Shown here: positions 9,708-19,050 of the stretch, piece by piece
Position numbering within the stretch: position 1 is the stretch's first letter
Layout: the number at the start of each line of letters is the position of its first letter
Made by a program: the position numbers and the translations under genes
Assembly: GCA_041659805.1 (NCBI GenBank)
Contig: JBAZXP010000001.1
Span: forward strand, 256,589 to 320,588
Source: Microgenomates group bacterium
GTDB taxonomy: Bacteria; Patescibacteriota; Microgenomatia; Daviesbacterales; UBA10151
Reading direction: 5' to 3'
Length of the DNA stretch: 64,000 nt
Notes under the pieces: generated by a model
Seen by the model: the letters and a program-made list of their open reading frames with translations, nothing else
Told to the model about the DNA's origin: nothing
The model's database searches: none

Positions 9708-10409
9708 TTAATTAGTTAAGTAGATATCGACAAATTGAGCATGCCAGCCTGCTGTTCTGGCATCTTCAAACCCCAAATCAATAATATTTCCCTTAATAGC
9801 TCCTCCTGTATCACCGGCAATTGCCATTCCATAACCTGGTACATAAAGCTTTGTTCTGTATTTGATAACTTTTGGATCAACAGCAATAACTCCTTTGCCT
9901 TGTTTCATGCCGATAGAAGTCCATTCATTGCAACCCGGACAATGTGAATCATAATGAGTTGCCCAAACTCGCATTTTTTTCCAATATCTGATTTCACCAT
10001 CTGCAGTTTCCAGAGTTCTCCAGACAATTTTCGTTCCCCGGGAAATAATTTTATCTTTTGGATCAGTAGTTTCTGTGGCCACGATTTCTCGTTCATATTC
10101 AGTCCCTTCATGGTAAGTAATTTTGGTGATAATAGTTTTTTTACCTTCAACACCTTCCTCTAAAACTGTATCTGTTCCGGCTTCTGTTTCAGGGTCATCT
10201 TTATAAATAGTTTTATAAGGAATTGCGGTAGACGTCTCAACTGTTTTATCGGTAAATTGGGAATCAGTTTTGATCGGCTGTGAAGCTGTGTCATTTGCCG
10301 CCAGAGGGGCAGTATTATCGGCGCGGATGACAGGGATATGATTATTTATAGCAATTGCTGCTATTACTAAAAAAGCTCCAAAAATTGTATAAACTATTCG
10401 TTCAGCCAT
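9708..10409 (-). CDS. G5-domain plus 3D-domain (MltA-like) cell-wall protein, YabE/RpfB-like.
   Basis: The G5-like stretch TKITYHEGTEYEREIV...ISRGTK is followed by a C-terminal 3D domain with conserved Asp residues (AVDPKVI...IAGDTGGAIKGNIIDL). Confidence 0.5.
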   Translation of the reverse strand: MAERIVYTIFGAFLVIAAIAINNHIPVIRADNTAPLAANDTASQPIKTDSQFTDKTVETSTAIPYKTIYKDDPETEAGTDTVLEEGVEGKKTIITKITYHEGTEYEREIVATETTDPKDKIISRGTKIVWRTLETADGEIRYWKKMRVWATHYDSHCPGCNEWTSIGMKQGKGVIAVDPKVIKYRTKLYVPGYGMAIAGDTGGAIKGNIIDLGFEDARTAGWHAQFVDIYLTN

Positions 10410-12349
10410 TTGTCATCATCTGCCATTGTTGAGCAATCCTCATCTGCTGTATTTAAAAATTGATCCCTATCTTGGTAATTAGTGTTTGAAATAATTAATT
10501 CTTCTGGTAAGTCCAGGATAAATCTTGATACCAGATTAGAGCTTCTGGTTCCAAAAAACAACCTTTGCCTGGTATAAGTCATATATAAATGAGTTTTCGC
10601 GCGGGTTATTCCCACATAACAAAGTCTTCTTTCTTCTTCCATTTCTGCAGGATCCAGTAAACAACGGGAGTGGGGGAATAATCCTTCCTCCATTCCCACC
10701 ATAAATACCACCGGCCATTCTAAGCCTTTAGCTTGGTGCAACGTAGTTAATGTCACAGCATTTTGGGTGTCTGATTTTGAACGTTTGGATCTTTTATTTT
10801 TTTCATCTGTTGAAAATTCGCTCTGGACTAAAGTTACTGTTTCCAAAAATTCGGTTAAGTTAGGAAATTCAGAAGCAACTGATCCCAGTTCTTTGACGTT
10901 TTCAATCCTGGATTTGCCAGTTTCAGTTCCGTCATCAATATAATCAATATAACCTGTGACCTCAATAATTTGATTCATTAAATCTAAAGTTGAAATACTT
11001 TCTAAACTTGGTTTAAGTTTGTCCATTAATTCCCAGAATTTATTAGCTCTACCTTTGCCGATTTTTTCTATCCTGATTTTTGATAATGAATCTTCAGGAG
11101 AAACCACAAGACGTAAGTATGCCAAAATATCTTTAATTTCTTTTCTTTCATAAAACCGGGTGCCTCCGACTAAGATATAGGGAACACCAGATTTTAAAAA
11201 TATTTCTTCTAAAGCCCTTGACTGAGCATTGGTTCTGTAAAGCACAGCGAAGGAATTTAAAGTGAGCGTTGGGTCTGAACCCAAAAGTTGTTTGATAGTG
11301 GAGACTACAAATAGCGCCTCTTCTTGTTCATTTCTGGTTTCTGCCAATGTGATTTTTTCACCACCACTTTTTTCTGTCCATAATTTTAAGATTGGGTGGG
11401 TTTGGTTTTTGGAAATAACAGAATAAGCTGCGTCGAGGATATTTTGAGTAGAACGGTAATTTTGTTCCAAATTAAAAACTTTCACATTCGGATAATCTTT
11501 TTGGAAATTTACAATATTTCGAAAATCAGCACCGCGGAACGCATAAATTGATTGGGAAGCATCTCCCACAACACAAAGATTTTTATACCTATTAGCTAAA
11601 AGTTTTGTTAGCAAGTATTGAACAGCATTGGTATCCTGATATTCATCCACTAAAATATAACGGAATTGAATCTGATATTTAGTTAATACCTCAGGAAAAT
11701 TTTGAAAAAGATTAACTGTTAAAAGTAAAAGATCATCAAAATCAACGGCCTTATTTTTATTTAATATTTTTTGATATTCCAGATAAATTTTGGCAACAGT
11801 TTCCTGAAAATATCCTCTGGCGTATTGGGGGTATTCAAGCGCTGAAATCATTTCGTTTTTAGCGTTAGAAATAGTATTTTTAATAGATGAAGGTGAACTC
11901 TTTTGAGTAGACAGATTAAGATTCATCATTGCTTCTTTGACAGCATCCACCCCGTCATTTTCGTCATAAATTGTAAATGATGGGGACAAGCCTAAATAGC
12001 TACACTCTTTTCGTAAAATTTTGGCACAAAGTGAATGAAAAGTGCCCATGATTGGTTGTTCGCTTTTGGAATTTGTTCCTAATAGGTTAAGGATTCTTTT
12101 TTTCATTTCCCCGCTGGCCTTATTGGTAAAAGTTACCATTAGAATATTTCCTGCAGGGACTTTCTTAACTTGAATTAAATAAGCTACTCTATGAGTTAAG
12201 GCCTTGGTTTTGCCGCTACCTGCTCCAGCTAAAATTAAAGTAGGGCCTTCTGTGTTTATAACAGCCTGGCGTTGAATAGAATTTAAATCATCTAAAAGGG
12301 AATCGGGCATAAGTTTTTGTATCTTACCACCAAAAACAAAGCCGAACAA
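10394..12349 (-). CDS. uvrD: UvrD/PcrA-family ATP-dependent DNA helicase.
   Basis: Walker A motif AGAGSGKTKALTHR, VDEYQDTN, and a helicase C-terminal segment (VTLTTLHQAKGLEWPVVFMVG). Confidence 0.85.
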   Translation of the reverse strand: MFGFVFGGKIQKLMPDSLLDDLNSIQRQAVINTEGPTLILAGAGSGKTKALTHRVAYLIQVKKVPAGNILMVTFTNKASGEMKKRILNLLGTNSKSEQPIMGTFHSLCAKILRKECSYLGLSPSFTIYDENDGVDAVKEAMMNLNLSTQKSSPSSIKNTISNAKNEMISALEYPQYARGYFQETVAKIYLEYQKILNKNKAVDFDDLLLLTVNLFQNFPEVLTKYQIQFRYILVDEYQDTNAVQYLLTKLLANRYKNLCVVGDASQSIYAFRGADFRNIVNFQKDYPNVKVFNLEQNYRSTQNILDAAYSVISKNQTHPILKLWTEKSGGEKITLAETRNEQEEALFVVSTIKQLLGSDPTLTLNSFAVLYRTNAQSRALEEIFLKSGVPYILVGGTRFYERKEIKDILAYLRLVVSPEDSLSKIRIEKIGKGRANKFWELMDKLKPSLESISTLDLMNQIIEVTGYIDYIDDGTETGKSRIENVKELGSVASEFPNLTEFLETVTLVQSEFSTDEKNKRSKRSKSDTQNAVTLTTLHQAKGLEWPVVFMVGMEEGLFPHSRCLLDPAEMEEERRLCYVGITRAKTHLYMTYTRQRLFFGTRSSNLVSRFILDLPEELIISNTNYQDRDQFLNTADEDCSTMADDDKWLNE

Positions 12350-12359
12350 TAAAGAAATG

Positions 12360-12677
12360 TTACTTTTGGGAAAGATTAGTAATGACCTCTTCTAAAGTTG
12401 GTATTGTAAATTTTGCAAACTTTGACCAGTTAATATTTTTTCCACTGTCTGTTCCTTGAACACAGCCATATTCTTCACTGGTTTTCTGCCAGGTTTTTAT
12501 TCCTTCGGTAACATTACTGCAAGCTATGGATAATGACTGTTGGATGGGATGTCCGTTCTCGGTTCGGGAAAGTTTACAAGCACCATATGGTTGGCCCATT
12601 CTCCCACTGGTGAAACGGTCAAACTCCCAATCCTTACATTTTCCACACAATGTAATTTCTTTTTCATTCTTACTCAT
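12360..12677 (-). CDS. Small Cys-containing hypothetical protein (105 aa), immediately upstream of and co-oriented with uvrD.
   Basis: Cys residues in CGKC...GACKL...IAC...YGC. Only 10 nt separate it from the uvrD start. Confidence 0.4.
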   Translation of the reverse strand: MSKNEKEITLCGKCKDWEFDRFTSGRMGQPYGACKLSRTENGHPIQQSLSIACSNVTEGIKTWQKTSEEYGCVQGTDSGKNINWSKFAKFTIPTLEEVITNLSQK

Positions 12678-12754
12678 ATCCTTTTCTTTTTACTCTACAC
12701 TTATAGTATATTCAAGTCTTTACAATTTTTTATTGAGTGGTATTATTTTAGTCT

Positions 12755-13015
12755 ATGAAAATAAAACTTTTGGATTTTTGGGCTCCATGGTGTGGCCCTT
12801 GTAATATGATGAAACCAGTTATAGAAGAACTGGAAAAAGAATTAGAAGGCAAGGTAGAATTTGTAAAGGTAAATGTAGATGAAGATCAGCAAACTGCCTC
12901 TAAATATGGGGTAATGGGAATCCCTACCTTTGTAATAGAAAAAGATGGTAAAGAAGTAACGCGCAAAACAGGAGTAACTGCCAAAGAAGAACTGTTAAAG
13001 TTAATAAATGGGTGA
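12755..13015 (+). CDS. trxA: Thioredoxin.
   Basis: WAPWCGPC active site. 86 aa. Confidence 0.9.
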   Translation: MKIKLLDFWAPWCGPCNMMKPVIEELEKELEGKVEFVKVNVDEDQQTASKYGVMGIPTFVIEKDGKEVTRKTGVTAKEELLKLING

Positions 13016-13334
13016 GCCTCCCCTTAATTTTAGACAAAGAGTTATTAGTATTGTTAAAAAAATTCCCAAAGGAAAAGTAACTACCTATGGCACAATTGCT
13101 GTGATGTCGAGTCACCCAAGAGGAGCAAGAATAGTAGGAGGTGTGCTGCATTTTAACTCTGAAAAATATGATTTACCCTGGCACAGGGTTGTAAATTGCG
13201 AAGGGTATATATCTATTAAAAGTATGGAACATCCCAAAGGCTTGCAAAAAGCATTACTGGAACAAGAAGGTGTAGAAGTATCAGATGATTTTATTGTAAA
13301 CTTAAAAAAGTATGGATGGATCCCACTTCGCTAA
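13008..13334 (+). CDS. Alkyltransferase-like (ATL) protein of the MGMT family, lacking the catalytic cysteine.
   Basis: MGMT DNA-binding fold (KGKVTTYGTIAVM...GARIVGGVLHF...). The active-site motif PCHRV is replaced by PWHRV. The start overlaps the trxA stop. Confidence 0.6.
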   Translation: MGEPPLNFRQRVISIVKKIPKGKVTTYGTIAVMSSHPRGARIVGGVLHFNSEKYDLPWHRVVNCEGYISIKSMEHPKGLQKALLEQEGVEVSDDFIVNLKKYGWIPLR

Positions 13335-13356
13335 AGCTACACGGGATAAATAAAAT

Positions 13357-13410
13357 ATGTGGATAATTGCTAATTGGAAATCAAATAAGAACCTGCTGCG
13401 CTCGCTGTAA
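13357..13410 (+). other. 17-codon upstream ORF (MWIIANWKSNKNLLRSL) that repeats the TpiA N-terminal motif. It may be a leader peptide or a remnant gene fragment.
   Basis: The peptide IANWKSNKN matches the real TpiA N-terminus, but with synonymous codon differences. Confidence 0.3.
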
Positions 13411-13475
13411 GAAAATATTATACAGCTCGCTTGCAGAACCTTGCCTTTTGCTTTCGGCAAAACGTAAAAATATTT

Positions 13476-14150
13476 ATGAAGAATATCTGGGTAATAGCAA
13501 ATTGGAAAAGTAATAAAAATATTAGTGAGGCCATTTCATGGGTTGACACTGTTGGCCCGCAAATTCCTGGAAAAGAAGCCTTAAAGGTGGTGGTCTGTCC
13601 GACCGCGATTTGTGTGGAAGAGGTTAAAAAAGCGGTTTTGGTTGGAGGATATCATTTGGTGGTGGGCTCACAAGATTTATCTTCTTTTGATGAAGGTGCT
13701 TATACAGGAGAAGAAGCTGCCAGAATCTTAAAAGATATAGTTGATTTATCAATCTTAGGACATTCTGAAAGAAGACAGAATTTTAAAGAAACTGATGAGA
13801 CTGTTGCCCAAAAAGTAAACCAAGCCAGACAATTTAATATTGAGCCTTTGGTTTGTGTGCAAGATGAAAACACCCCTGTGCCTAGTGGGGTGAAGTTGGT
13901 GGCATATGAACCAATTTTTGCAATTGGAACTGGTACTCCTGATACACCACAAAACGCTGATAATATAGCTAAACTTTTGAAACAAAAACACGGGGAAGAG
14001 TTAGAAGTTTTATATGGTGGATCTGTAACATCAGAAAATGCGAAAGCCTTTTTATCTATGGAAAATATTTCGGGATTATTAATTGGTAAAGCTTCACTGG
14101 AACCTGCTGAATTTATTAAGATAATTGAAATTGCAGATAGTCTTATTTAA
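13476..14150 (+). CDS. tpiA: Triosephosphate isomerase.
   Basis: Starts MKNIWVIANWKSNK, with catalytic HSERR and GGS motifs. The ATG at 13476 is preferred over the track's upstream extension at 13431. Confidence 0.8.
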   Translation: MKNIWVIANWKSNKNISEAISWVDTVGPQIPGKEALKVVVCPTAICVEEVKKAVLVGGYHLVVGSQDLSSFDEGAYTGEEAARILKDIVDLSILGHSERRQNFKETDETVAQKVNQARQFNIEPLVCVQDENTPVPSGVKLVAYEPIFAIGTGTPDTPQNADNIAKLLKQKHGEELEVLYGGSVTSENAKAFLSMENISGLLIGKASLEPAEFIKIIEIADSLI

Positions 14151-14158
14151 TTTCTAAT

Positions 14159-15388
14159 ATGATTAAACCTTTGTCTCTTGAAATAACTGGTTCTGAAAAT
14201 ACCGGCAAAAAGAAAAAAAAGCGGGGGATAAAAAAAGTATTATTTGTAGCTTTTATTATTTTGTTAGTTGTAATTTTTTTGGGTAAAAATTCCAGTACTT
14301 CTTCAGTATTCCGTTATATGATTGGTCAGGGCAGCTCTTTGCAATCAGAAGACGGTAGGGTGAATGTTTTGCTCTTGGGGATGGCAGGAGGTGAGCACGA
14401 AGGGGCAACTTTGACGGATACGATTATGGTATTGTCTTTTGACAGTGTTACTAATATGGTAAGTATGGTTTCTATCCCCCGTGATCTTTATCTGACTTCC
14501 GCAAGGTCTAAAGTAAATGCTTTATATGAAATCGGTTTGGCCCGGGGGGATGGTTTGAATTTTGCTGAAGAAAATTTCAGTCAAATTTTAGGAATTAAAA
14601 TTCCCTATGCGGTGAGAATGGATTTTTCAGGGTTTACCAAAGCAATAGATGTAGTGGGTGGGATAGATGTAAATGTTGCCAATACCTTTGATGATTATTT
14701 ATATCCAATTGCCGGTAAAGAAACAGATTATTGCGGGCTAACTGAAAAAGATATGGCAATTGATGAGGTACAAGCAAAACAACTCGGAATTGATCTGGGA
14801 GAGCACCGTGTTTTAGTTGATAGTTCTGGAAAAATTGCTACAGCCTCAGCAACAGTTGGAGGCCAACTTGTTTATACAGAAGATTCAGTAGGAGTATATT
14901 TCCCCTGTAGATATGAGCATATCCATTTTGATAAAGGCTCAACTCATATGAATGGAACAATGGCTTTAAAATATGTGAGGAGCAGGCATGGAACTGGTGG
15001 AGAAGGGAGTGATTTTGCCAGGTCCAGAAGACAACAGCTAGTTCTGCAGGCTTTTAAGGATAAGGTCTTATCTTTCAGCACACTCACTGACTTAAATAAA
15101 ATTACAGGTCTTGTTAAAACTTTTGGGAACAGCATGGAAACAGATATTCCTGAATCACAGTATCTGGAATTTGCAGGAATAGCTAAAAAAGTAAAAGGAA
15201 TAAAAACAATGGTTTTAAGTAACGGTGGGATAAATCCGCTTTTGATTAATCCGCCGGTTTTTGATTATGGAGCCTGGGTTTTAATTCCGCCGAACAATGA
15301 TTTTATTATGATTCAAAATTCAGTAACGGATTTTTTTAATGGTACAGATACAGCAACGCAATCCGGCAAACAAACTAAAAATCCATGA
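14159..15388 (+). CDS. LytR-CpsA-Psr (LCP) family cell-wall glycopolymer transferase.
   Basis: Transmembrane helix followed by VNVLLLGMAGGEHEGATLTDTIMVLSFD, a typical LCP core, and a later YVRSRH motif. Confidence 0.8.
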   Translation: MIKPLSLEITGSENTGKKKKKRGIKKVLFVAFIILLVVIFLGKNSSTSSVFRYMIGQGSSLQSEDGRVNVLLLGMAGGEHEGATLTDTIMVLSFDSVTNMVSMVSIPRDLYLTSARSKVNALYEIGLARGDGLNFAEENFSQILGIKIPYAVRMDFSGFTKAIDVVGGIDVNVANTFDDYLYPIAGKETDYCGLTEKDMAIDEVQAKQLGIDLGEHRVLVDSSGKIATASATVGGQLVYTEDSVGVYFPCRYEHIHFDKGSTHMNGTMALKYVRSRHGTGGEGSDFARSRRQQLVLQAFKDKVLSFSTLTDLNKITGLVKTFGNSMETDIPESQYLEFAGIAKKVKGIKTMVLSNGGINPLLINPPVFDYGAWVLIPPNNDFIMIQNSVTDFFNGTDTATQSGKQTKNP

Positions 15389-16062
15389 AAATTATTGTGC
15401 TTACAGGTCTGGGTGAAGTAAACAAGCGGGCAGAAATGTTAAGAATAAAACAGGGATACGAGAATGATGCAGTATCGGTTTTTGATTTATCAGTAAATAG
15501 TATTAAGGATATCGATCAGTGCTTATCTTCGCAGTCTTTATTTAACAATCTGGATAAACTGATTGTTGTTGAAAATACACCTGATGATTTAGATCTAAAA
15601 AAACTGGTCAAAAAAGAAAATACAGCTGTGCTGCTTTTTTTAGCAGCAAATCCTAAGGTCACTTCTAAGTTGCTTTGTAGCGTAAAGGAAATTAATGCAA
15701 AAATAATAAATTTTGAGGCAGAAAAAGAAATATCTGCCTTTACTTTTTTAGATGCTTTAATTGAGGGAAGACAAGATGCTTTTTTAGAAATGCAGAAACT
15801 GCTTAATATTTACGGAGGAATGTATCTTCTGTCGATGGTGTATTATTTATTGCGCCGCAACTTACTTCCATTGCCTACATCCGGTTTTATGCAAAATAAA
15901 ATTAAATCTCAAAAACAGCAGCTTGATATGAAAGATTTTGAAAAATTATATTTGATGGCAATAAACACTGATTTTGCAATAAAGGCAGGTTTACCTGAAA
16001 GTATTGCTTTAACTAAACTGACTCAGGAATTTGTAAATCTACTTAACGTAAGGAAGCAGTAG
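15385..16062 (+). CDS. holA: Possible DNA polymerase III delta subunit (HolA-like), compact.
   Basis: MKIIVLTG...SLFNNLDKLIVVEN resembles the delta-subunit N-terminus. Its start overlaps the LCP stop as ATGA. Confidence 0.3.
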   Translation: MKIIVLTGLGEVNKRAEMLRIKQGYENDAVSVFDLSVNSIKDIDQCLSSQSLFNNLDKLIVVENTPDDLDLKKLVKKENTAVLLFLAANPKVTSKLLCSVKEINAKIINFEAEKEISAFTFLDALIEGRQDAFLEMQKLLNIYGGMYLLSMVYYLLRRNLLPLPTSGFMQNKIKSQKQQLDMKDFEKLYLMAINTDFAIKAGLPESIALTKLTQEFVNLLNVRKQ

Positions 16063-17013
16063 ATTTGCATCTTTTTGATCGATCACTTTATCGTTATTTA
16101 AATCAGCTTTAGGATTTTTCCCACTAATGGCTCCAAAATTTTGCAAAATTATGCTTAAGTCTGCATAGTTTATAACTCCGTCCCTGTTGAGATCATAGTT
16201 AACGAGTTCGGCTGACAAGGTAGAAGCTGGAACTGAGGTTTGTTGAGTGTTGCCTGTTTGTGTAAAGTCAACAGTGCTGTCTAGTGTGACGGGTGGAAGC
16301 GCTGTTTCCTTAAGTGGTAAGGATATAGTTGCCTGGGCTACCTTGCTGGTTCCTATAATATCGAGTTTAGCTAGATAAGTTTTATCTGCAGGTAAAGGGT
16401 TAGTTAAATCTGCAGTTTTGATATCCGATAAAGGCAGAATAAAGTTCCCTCCGGTTTTAGTAATAGTTGCGAGTCTTTGAGCTTCGGGTAAGCTGAGAGC
16501 AATTATTGCTTCATCCAAGACAGCATTATTGGTATCAATAATTGTTCCGACAAGAGGCGGCCAATCAATGTTAGGGGTCGTCAAAGCAGTTTTGAAATTT
16601 AAAGGTGTTTGTGGGTAGGTGATTGCGTCGGAATAAATGAAATAAGAGTAAGTGGTGTCCTGTTGTAAGTTAGTAAGAGTTACAAAATGCAATTTATGAG
16701 ATGTTGGTGCGCTTGTATCCCGGTCGTCACGGTATAATTGTTTATCTGCAGAACCAATACCTGCTTTGATATAACCTGTTGATGGTTCGTCTGTTTGCCA
16801 ATAAATGGCGGCTGAAGTACCGCTTAAATTAACCACATTTACGTTTTTGGGTTGTGCTGAAACTGCGGCTTTAGATTTTAAGGTTTGGTTTTGAGTGGCC
16901 AGATACACCCCGCCGGCTAAACCGATCAGGAGTACTCCTATCCCTAAAAGAGTTGGAATCTTGATAACGCCTGTGTTGATTTTTGAGATAGTACTTCTTA
17001 ATTTAGAGATCAT
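16039..17013 (-). CDS. Secreted protein with an Fn3-like domain and a C-terminal dockerin-like repeat.
   Basis: N-terminal anchor. NLSGTSAAIYWQTDEPSTGYIKAG is Fn3-like. The C-terminus DLNRDGVINYADLSIILQNF...DLNNDKVIDQKDANLL looks like dockerin calcium-binding repeats. Confidence 0.5.
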   Translation of the reverse strand: MISKLRSTISKINTGVIKIPTLLGIGVLLIGLAGGVYLATQNQTLKSKAAVSAQPKNVNVVNLSGTSAAIYWQTDEPSTGYIKAGIGSADKQLYRDDRDTSAPTSHKLHFVTLTNLQQDTTYSYFIYSDAITYPQTPLNFKTALTTPNIDWPPLVGTIIDTNNAVLDEAIIALSLPEAQRLATITKTGGNFILPLSDIKTADLTNPLPADKTYLAKLDIIGTSKVAQATISLPLKETALPPVTLDSTVDFTQTGNTQQTSVPASTLSAELVNYDLNRDGVINYADLSIILQNFGAISGKNPKADLNNDKVIDQKDANLLLPYVK

Positions 17014-17176
17014 TGATTACTTTTGTATCGAAATTAGGATTTACCGGCTCTAATAATTGTTGAACTTCCGGAGCAACTTGGTTTTTAGATTGAGAATGCA
17101 TGATTTCCATCCCAAACCAAACAAGTACTGTTATGAATGTTGCAATAACTACATATAAAAAATATTTTCCTGACAT
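17003..17176 (-). CDS. Small 57-aa membrane protein (MSGKYFLYVVIATFITVLVWFGMEIM...), lying between the PilO-like and dockerin protein genes.
   Basis: Below the ORF-track cut-off. Single transmembrane helix. It sits 8 nt after the upstream gene and overlaps the next start by 11 nt. Confidence 0.25.
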   Translation of the reverse strand: MSGKYFLYVVIATFITVLVWFGMEIMHSQSKNQVAPEVQQLLEPVNPNFDTKVINDL

Positions 17177-17184
17177 ACTTTCTG

Positions 17185-17787
17185 TTACTCCTTTAAATAA
17201 TAACCTTTTCCGCTAATTGAAAGAGTGATTCCTCCTTCGCCGGATCTACTTAAAACGACACTGGTCAAATTTAGGTATCTTGATGCTTTGGTAACATTAT
17301 CTATGACTGTGGTGAGTTGTGAATATGCGCCCTGAGTATTAAATGAAAATACTAATTCTTCAAGAGTAAGTTTCCCAGTTGGATCAGATGTATTTTTATA
17401 AATAGTAACCGGTTGAATTTGTAAGGCTGAAACTGATGCGCTATTTGTCGCGGATGTTTGTAAATTGTTAATCAAATTCGTAACAGCAGGATTGGTAGGT
17501 AATTTAGCATTAATTTTATTTTTAATTTCCTGATCCAAATTATCCAAGTTTCTTTTACCGTTAGTTAAATCTTCTGATTTTTTTTGTAATACAGCCAGAA
17601 CTTTTTGGTTATCCTGAATGCTTTTTTGTAATTCGATAATAGTTAATACCGTTGGTCTGATTGCAAATATTGTAAAGATAATTAAGGCAAGTAAACTAAA
17701 AATATATGGGGCAAATGACCGGACATACTTATTTGTAATAACCGGTTTAATATAAACATAATATCTGGAATATCTTGAGTCTGCCAT
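17185..17787 (-). CDS. pilO: PilO-like type IV pilus assembly protein.
   Basis: About 200 aa with a short cytoplasmic N-terminus, one transmembrane helix and a coiled-coil. Immediately downstream of the PilN-like gene. Confidence 0.35.
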   Translation of the reverse strand: MADSRYSRYYVYIKPVITNKYVRSFAPYIFSLLALIIFTIFAIRPTVLTIIELQKSIQDNQKVLAVLQKKSEDLTNGKRNLDNLDQEIKNKINAKLPTNPAVTNLINNLQTSATNSASVSALQIQPVTIYKNTSDPTGKLTLEELVFSFNTQGAYSQLTTVIDNVTKASRYLNLTSVVLSRSGEGGITLSISGKGYYLKE

Positions 17788-18369
17788 TTAATTTATCCCA
17801 CTTTTTGCACCCGTAAGATTACCTGTGATAGTAAAGTTGGTCTGAGTTTCAAAAGAAATATTAGTTAAATTAACATCTGAAAAACTATGATTTTGTTGTA
17901 ATGATTTAATAAATACAGAAAGTTCCAAATTGGACGGAGATTGCCCGGTAATTGAAAATGAGGATTTTGGATAGGCTAAATTGCGATCAAAAGTAATATT
18001 AGTAATTCTCATACTTTTTGGTATGATCGTGTTGAAGCTTTCTAGGGGGGAAATAAAATCAGCCTTCTCTGATTTTAATTTAGAAAGACTGCTGATTTGA
18101 AATTGGGCATTCCTGATCAACTGTTCGTCGCTCTTTAGGTTTGTAATATAAGCAGCTTGAGTTTTTATTTGATCTTGCAGGTCAGCCAGATCACCATCAA
18201 GCTTGTATCTATAAACGAAAGCACTGATTGTGATAATTTCTACGAAGATTACAATAAATCTGCCGGAAGACAATGCCCATTTGATTAATTTAGCATAAAG
18301 TTTTTCTTCCTCACCGCGATGGATCAAAAGATTGACATTAAATAGTGTTGGTATTTTTGAGGCAGCCAT
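17788..18369 (-). CDS. pilN: PilN-like type IV pilus assembly protein.
   Basis: N-terminal NVNLLIHR resembles the conserved PilN INLLP(W)R motif that binds PilM. Followed by a transmembrane helix and coiled-coil. About 190 aa. Confidence 0.5.
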   Translation of the reverse strand: MAASKIPTLFNVNLLIHRGEEEKLYAKLIKWALSSGRFIVIFVEIITISAFVYRYKLDGDLADLQDQIKTQAAYITNLKSDEQLIRNAQFQISSLSKLKSEKADFISPLESFNTIIPKSMRITNITFDRNLAYPKSSFSITGQSPSNLELSVFIKSLQQNHSFSDVNLTNISFETQTNFTITGNLTGAKSGIN

Positions 18370-18415
18370 ATTACTAGTTTAGTATAAAGCGAAAGGAAGT
18401 TCCAGCAGCCAGCAG

Positions 18416-19024
18416 ATGTCTAAGCTTTGGTATACTTTAGGTATGTTAGAGATAAAATCAGCTATTAGCGTTATAGCCATAGTATTAACATTTATCGGGT
18501 ATGTGCCATATGTTCGAGATACCTTTCAAGGGAAGACTAAGCCACATGTTTATACTTGGTTTATATGGGGATTTGTGACAGCTATCGCGTATGGTTTGCA
18601 AGTTAGCGCAGGGGCAGGGGTTGGTTCATGGGTAACTTTAGCGGTTGCCGTCATTTGTTTTTTTATATTTATTCTCGGTTTAGGTAATGGGAAAAAAGAA
18701 ATTACTTATACAGATACGATTTTCTTTATTCTCTCTTTTATTGCCTTATTCTTCTGGTTGGTTGTAAAACAACCAGTATTATCAGTTATATTTATTTCGA
18801 CGATTGATATGCTTGGTTTTGTTCCAACAATTAGAAAGTCATGGAACAAACCTTATTCAGAAACGTTGTTTTCATATGAGTTGAATACAGTGAGGCATGG
18901 ATTAAGCATATTTGCGCTACAAAACTATAGCATTGTAACGTGGCTATATCCTCTAACTTGGGTGGTTGCCAATGGTCTATTTAGCGTAATCCTAATAATT
19001 AGGCGAAAGCAGCTAGGTAAGTGA
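18416..19024 (+). CDS. Polytopic integral membrane protein, hypothetical.
   Basis: Five to six predicted hydrophobic helices. Confidence 0.45.
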   Translation: MSKLWYTLGMLEIKSAISVIAIVLTFIGYVPYVRDTFQGKTKPHVYTWFIWGFVTAIAYGLQVSAGAGVGSWVTLAVAVICFFIFILGLGNGKKEITYTDTIFFILSFIALFFWLVVKQPVLSVIFISTIDMLGFVPTIRKSWNKPYSETLFSYELNTVRHGLSIFALQNYSIVTWLYPLTWVVANGLFSVILIIRRKQLGK

Positions 19025-19050
19025 AATTCAGCTCTAGAGAAATTAGTGTA

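Noticed and set aside
1196-12349. SbcCD plus a UvrD-like helicase as a possible Gabija/Lamassu-type defence island.
   Set aside because: The genes are not adjacent (about 6 kb apart, separated by envelope genes). sbcDC is in canonical order, and the helicase has the full UvrD/PcrA motif set with no OLD or TOPRIM nuclease partner. Housekeeping repair is the simpler reading.
13431-13475. N-terminal extension of tpiA proposed by the ORF track (MQNLAFCFRQNVKIF...).
   Set aside because: The conserved TpiA N-terminus begins at the internal ATG at 13476, and the extension has no homology.
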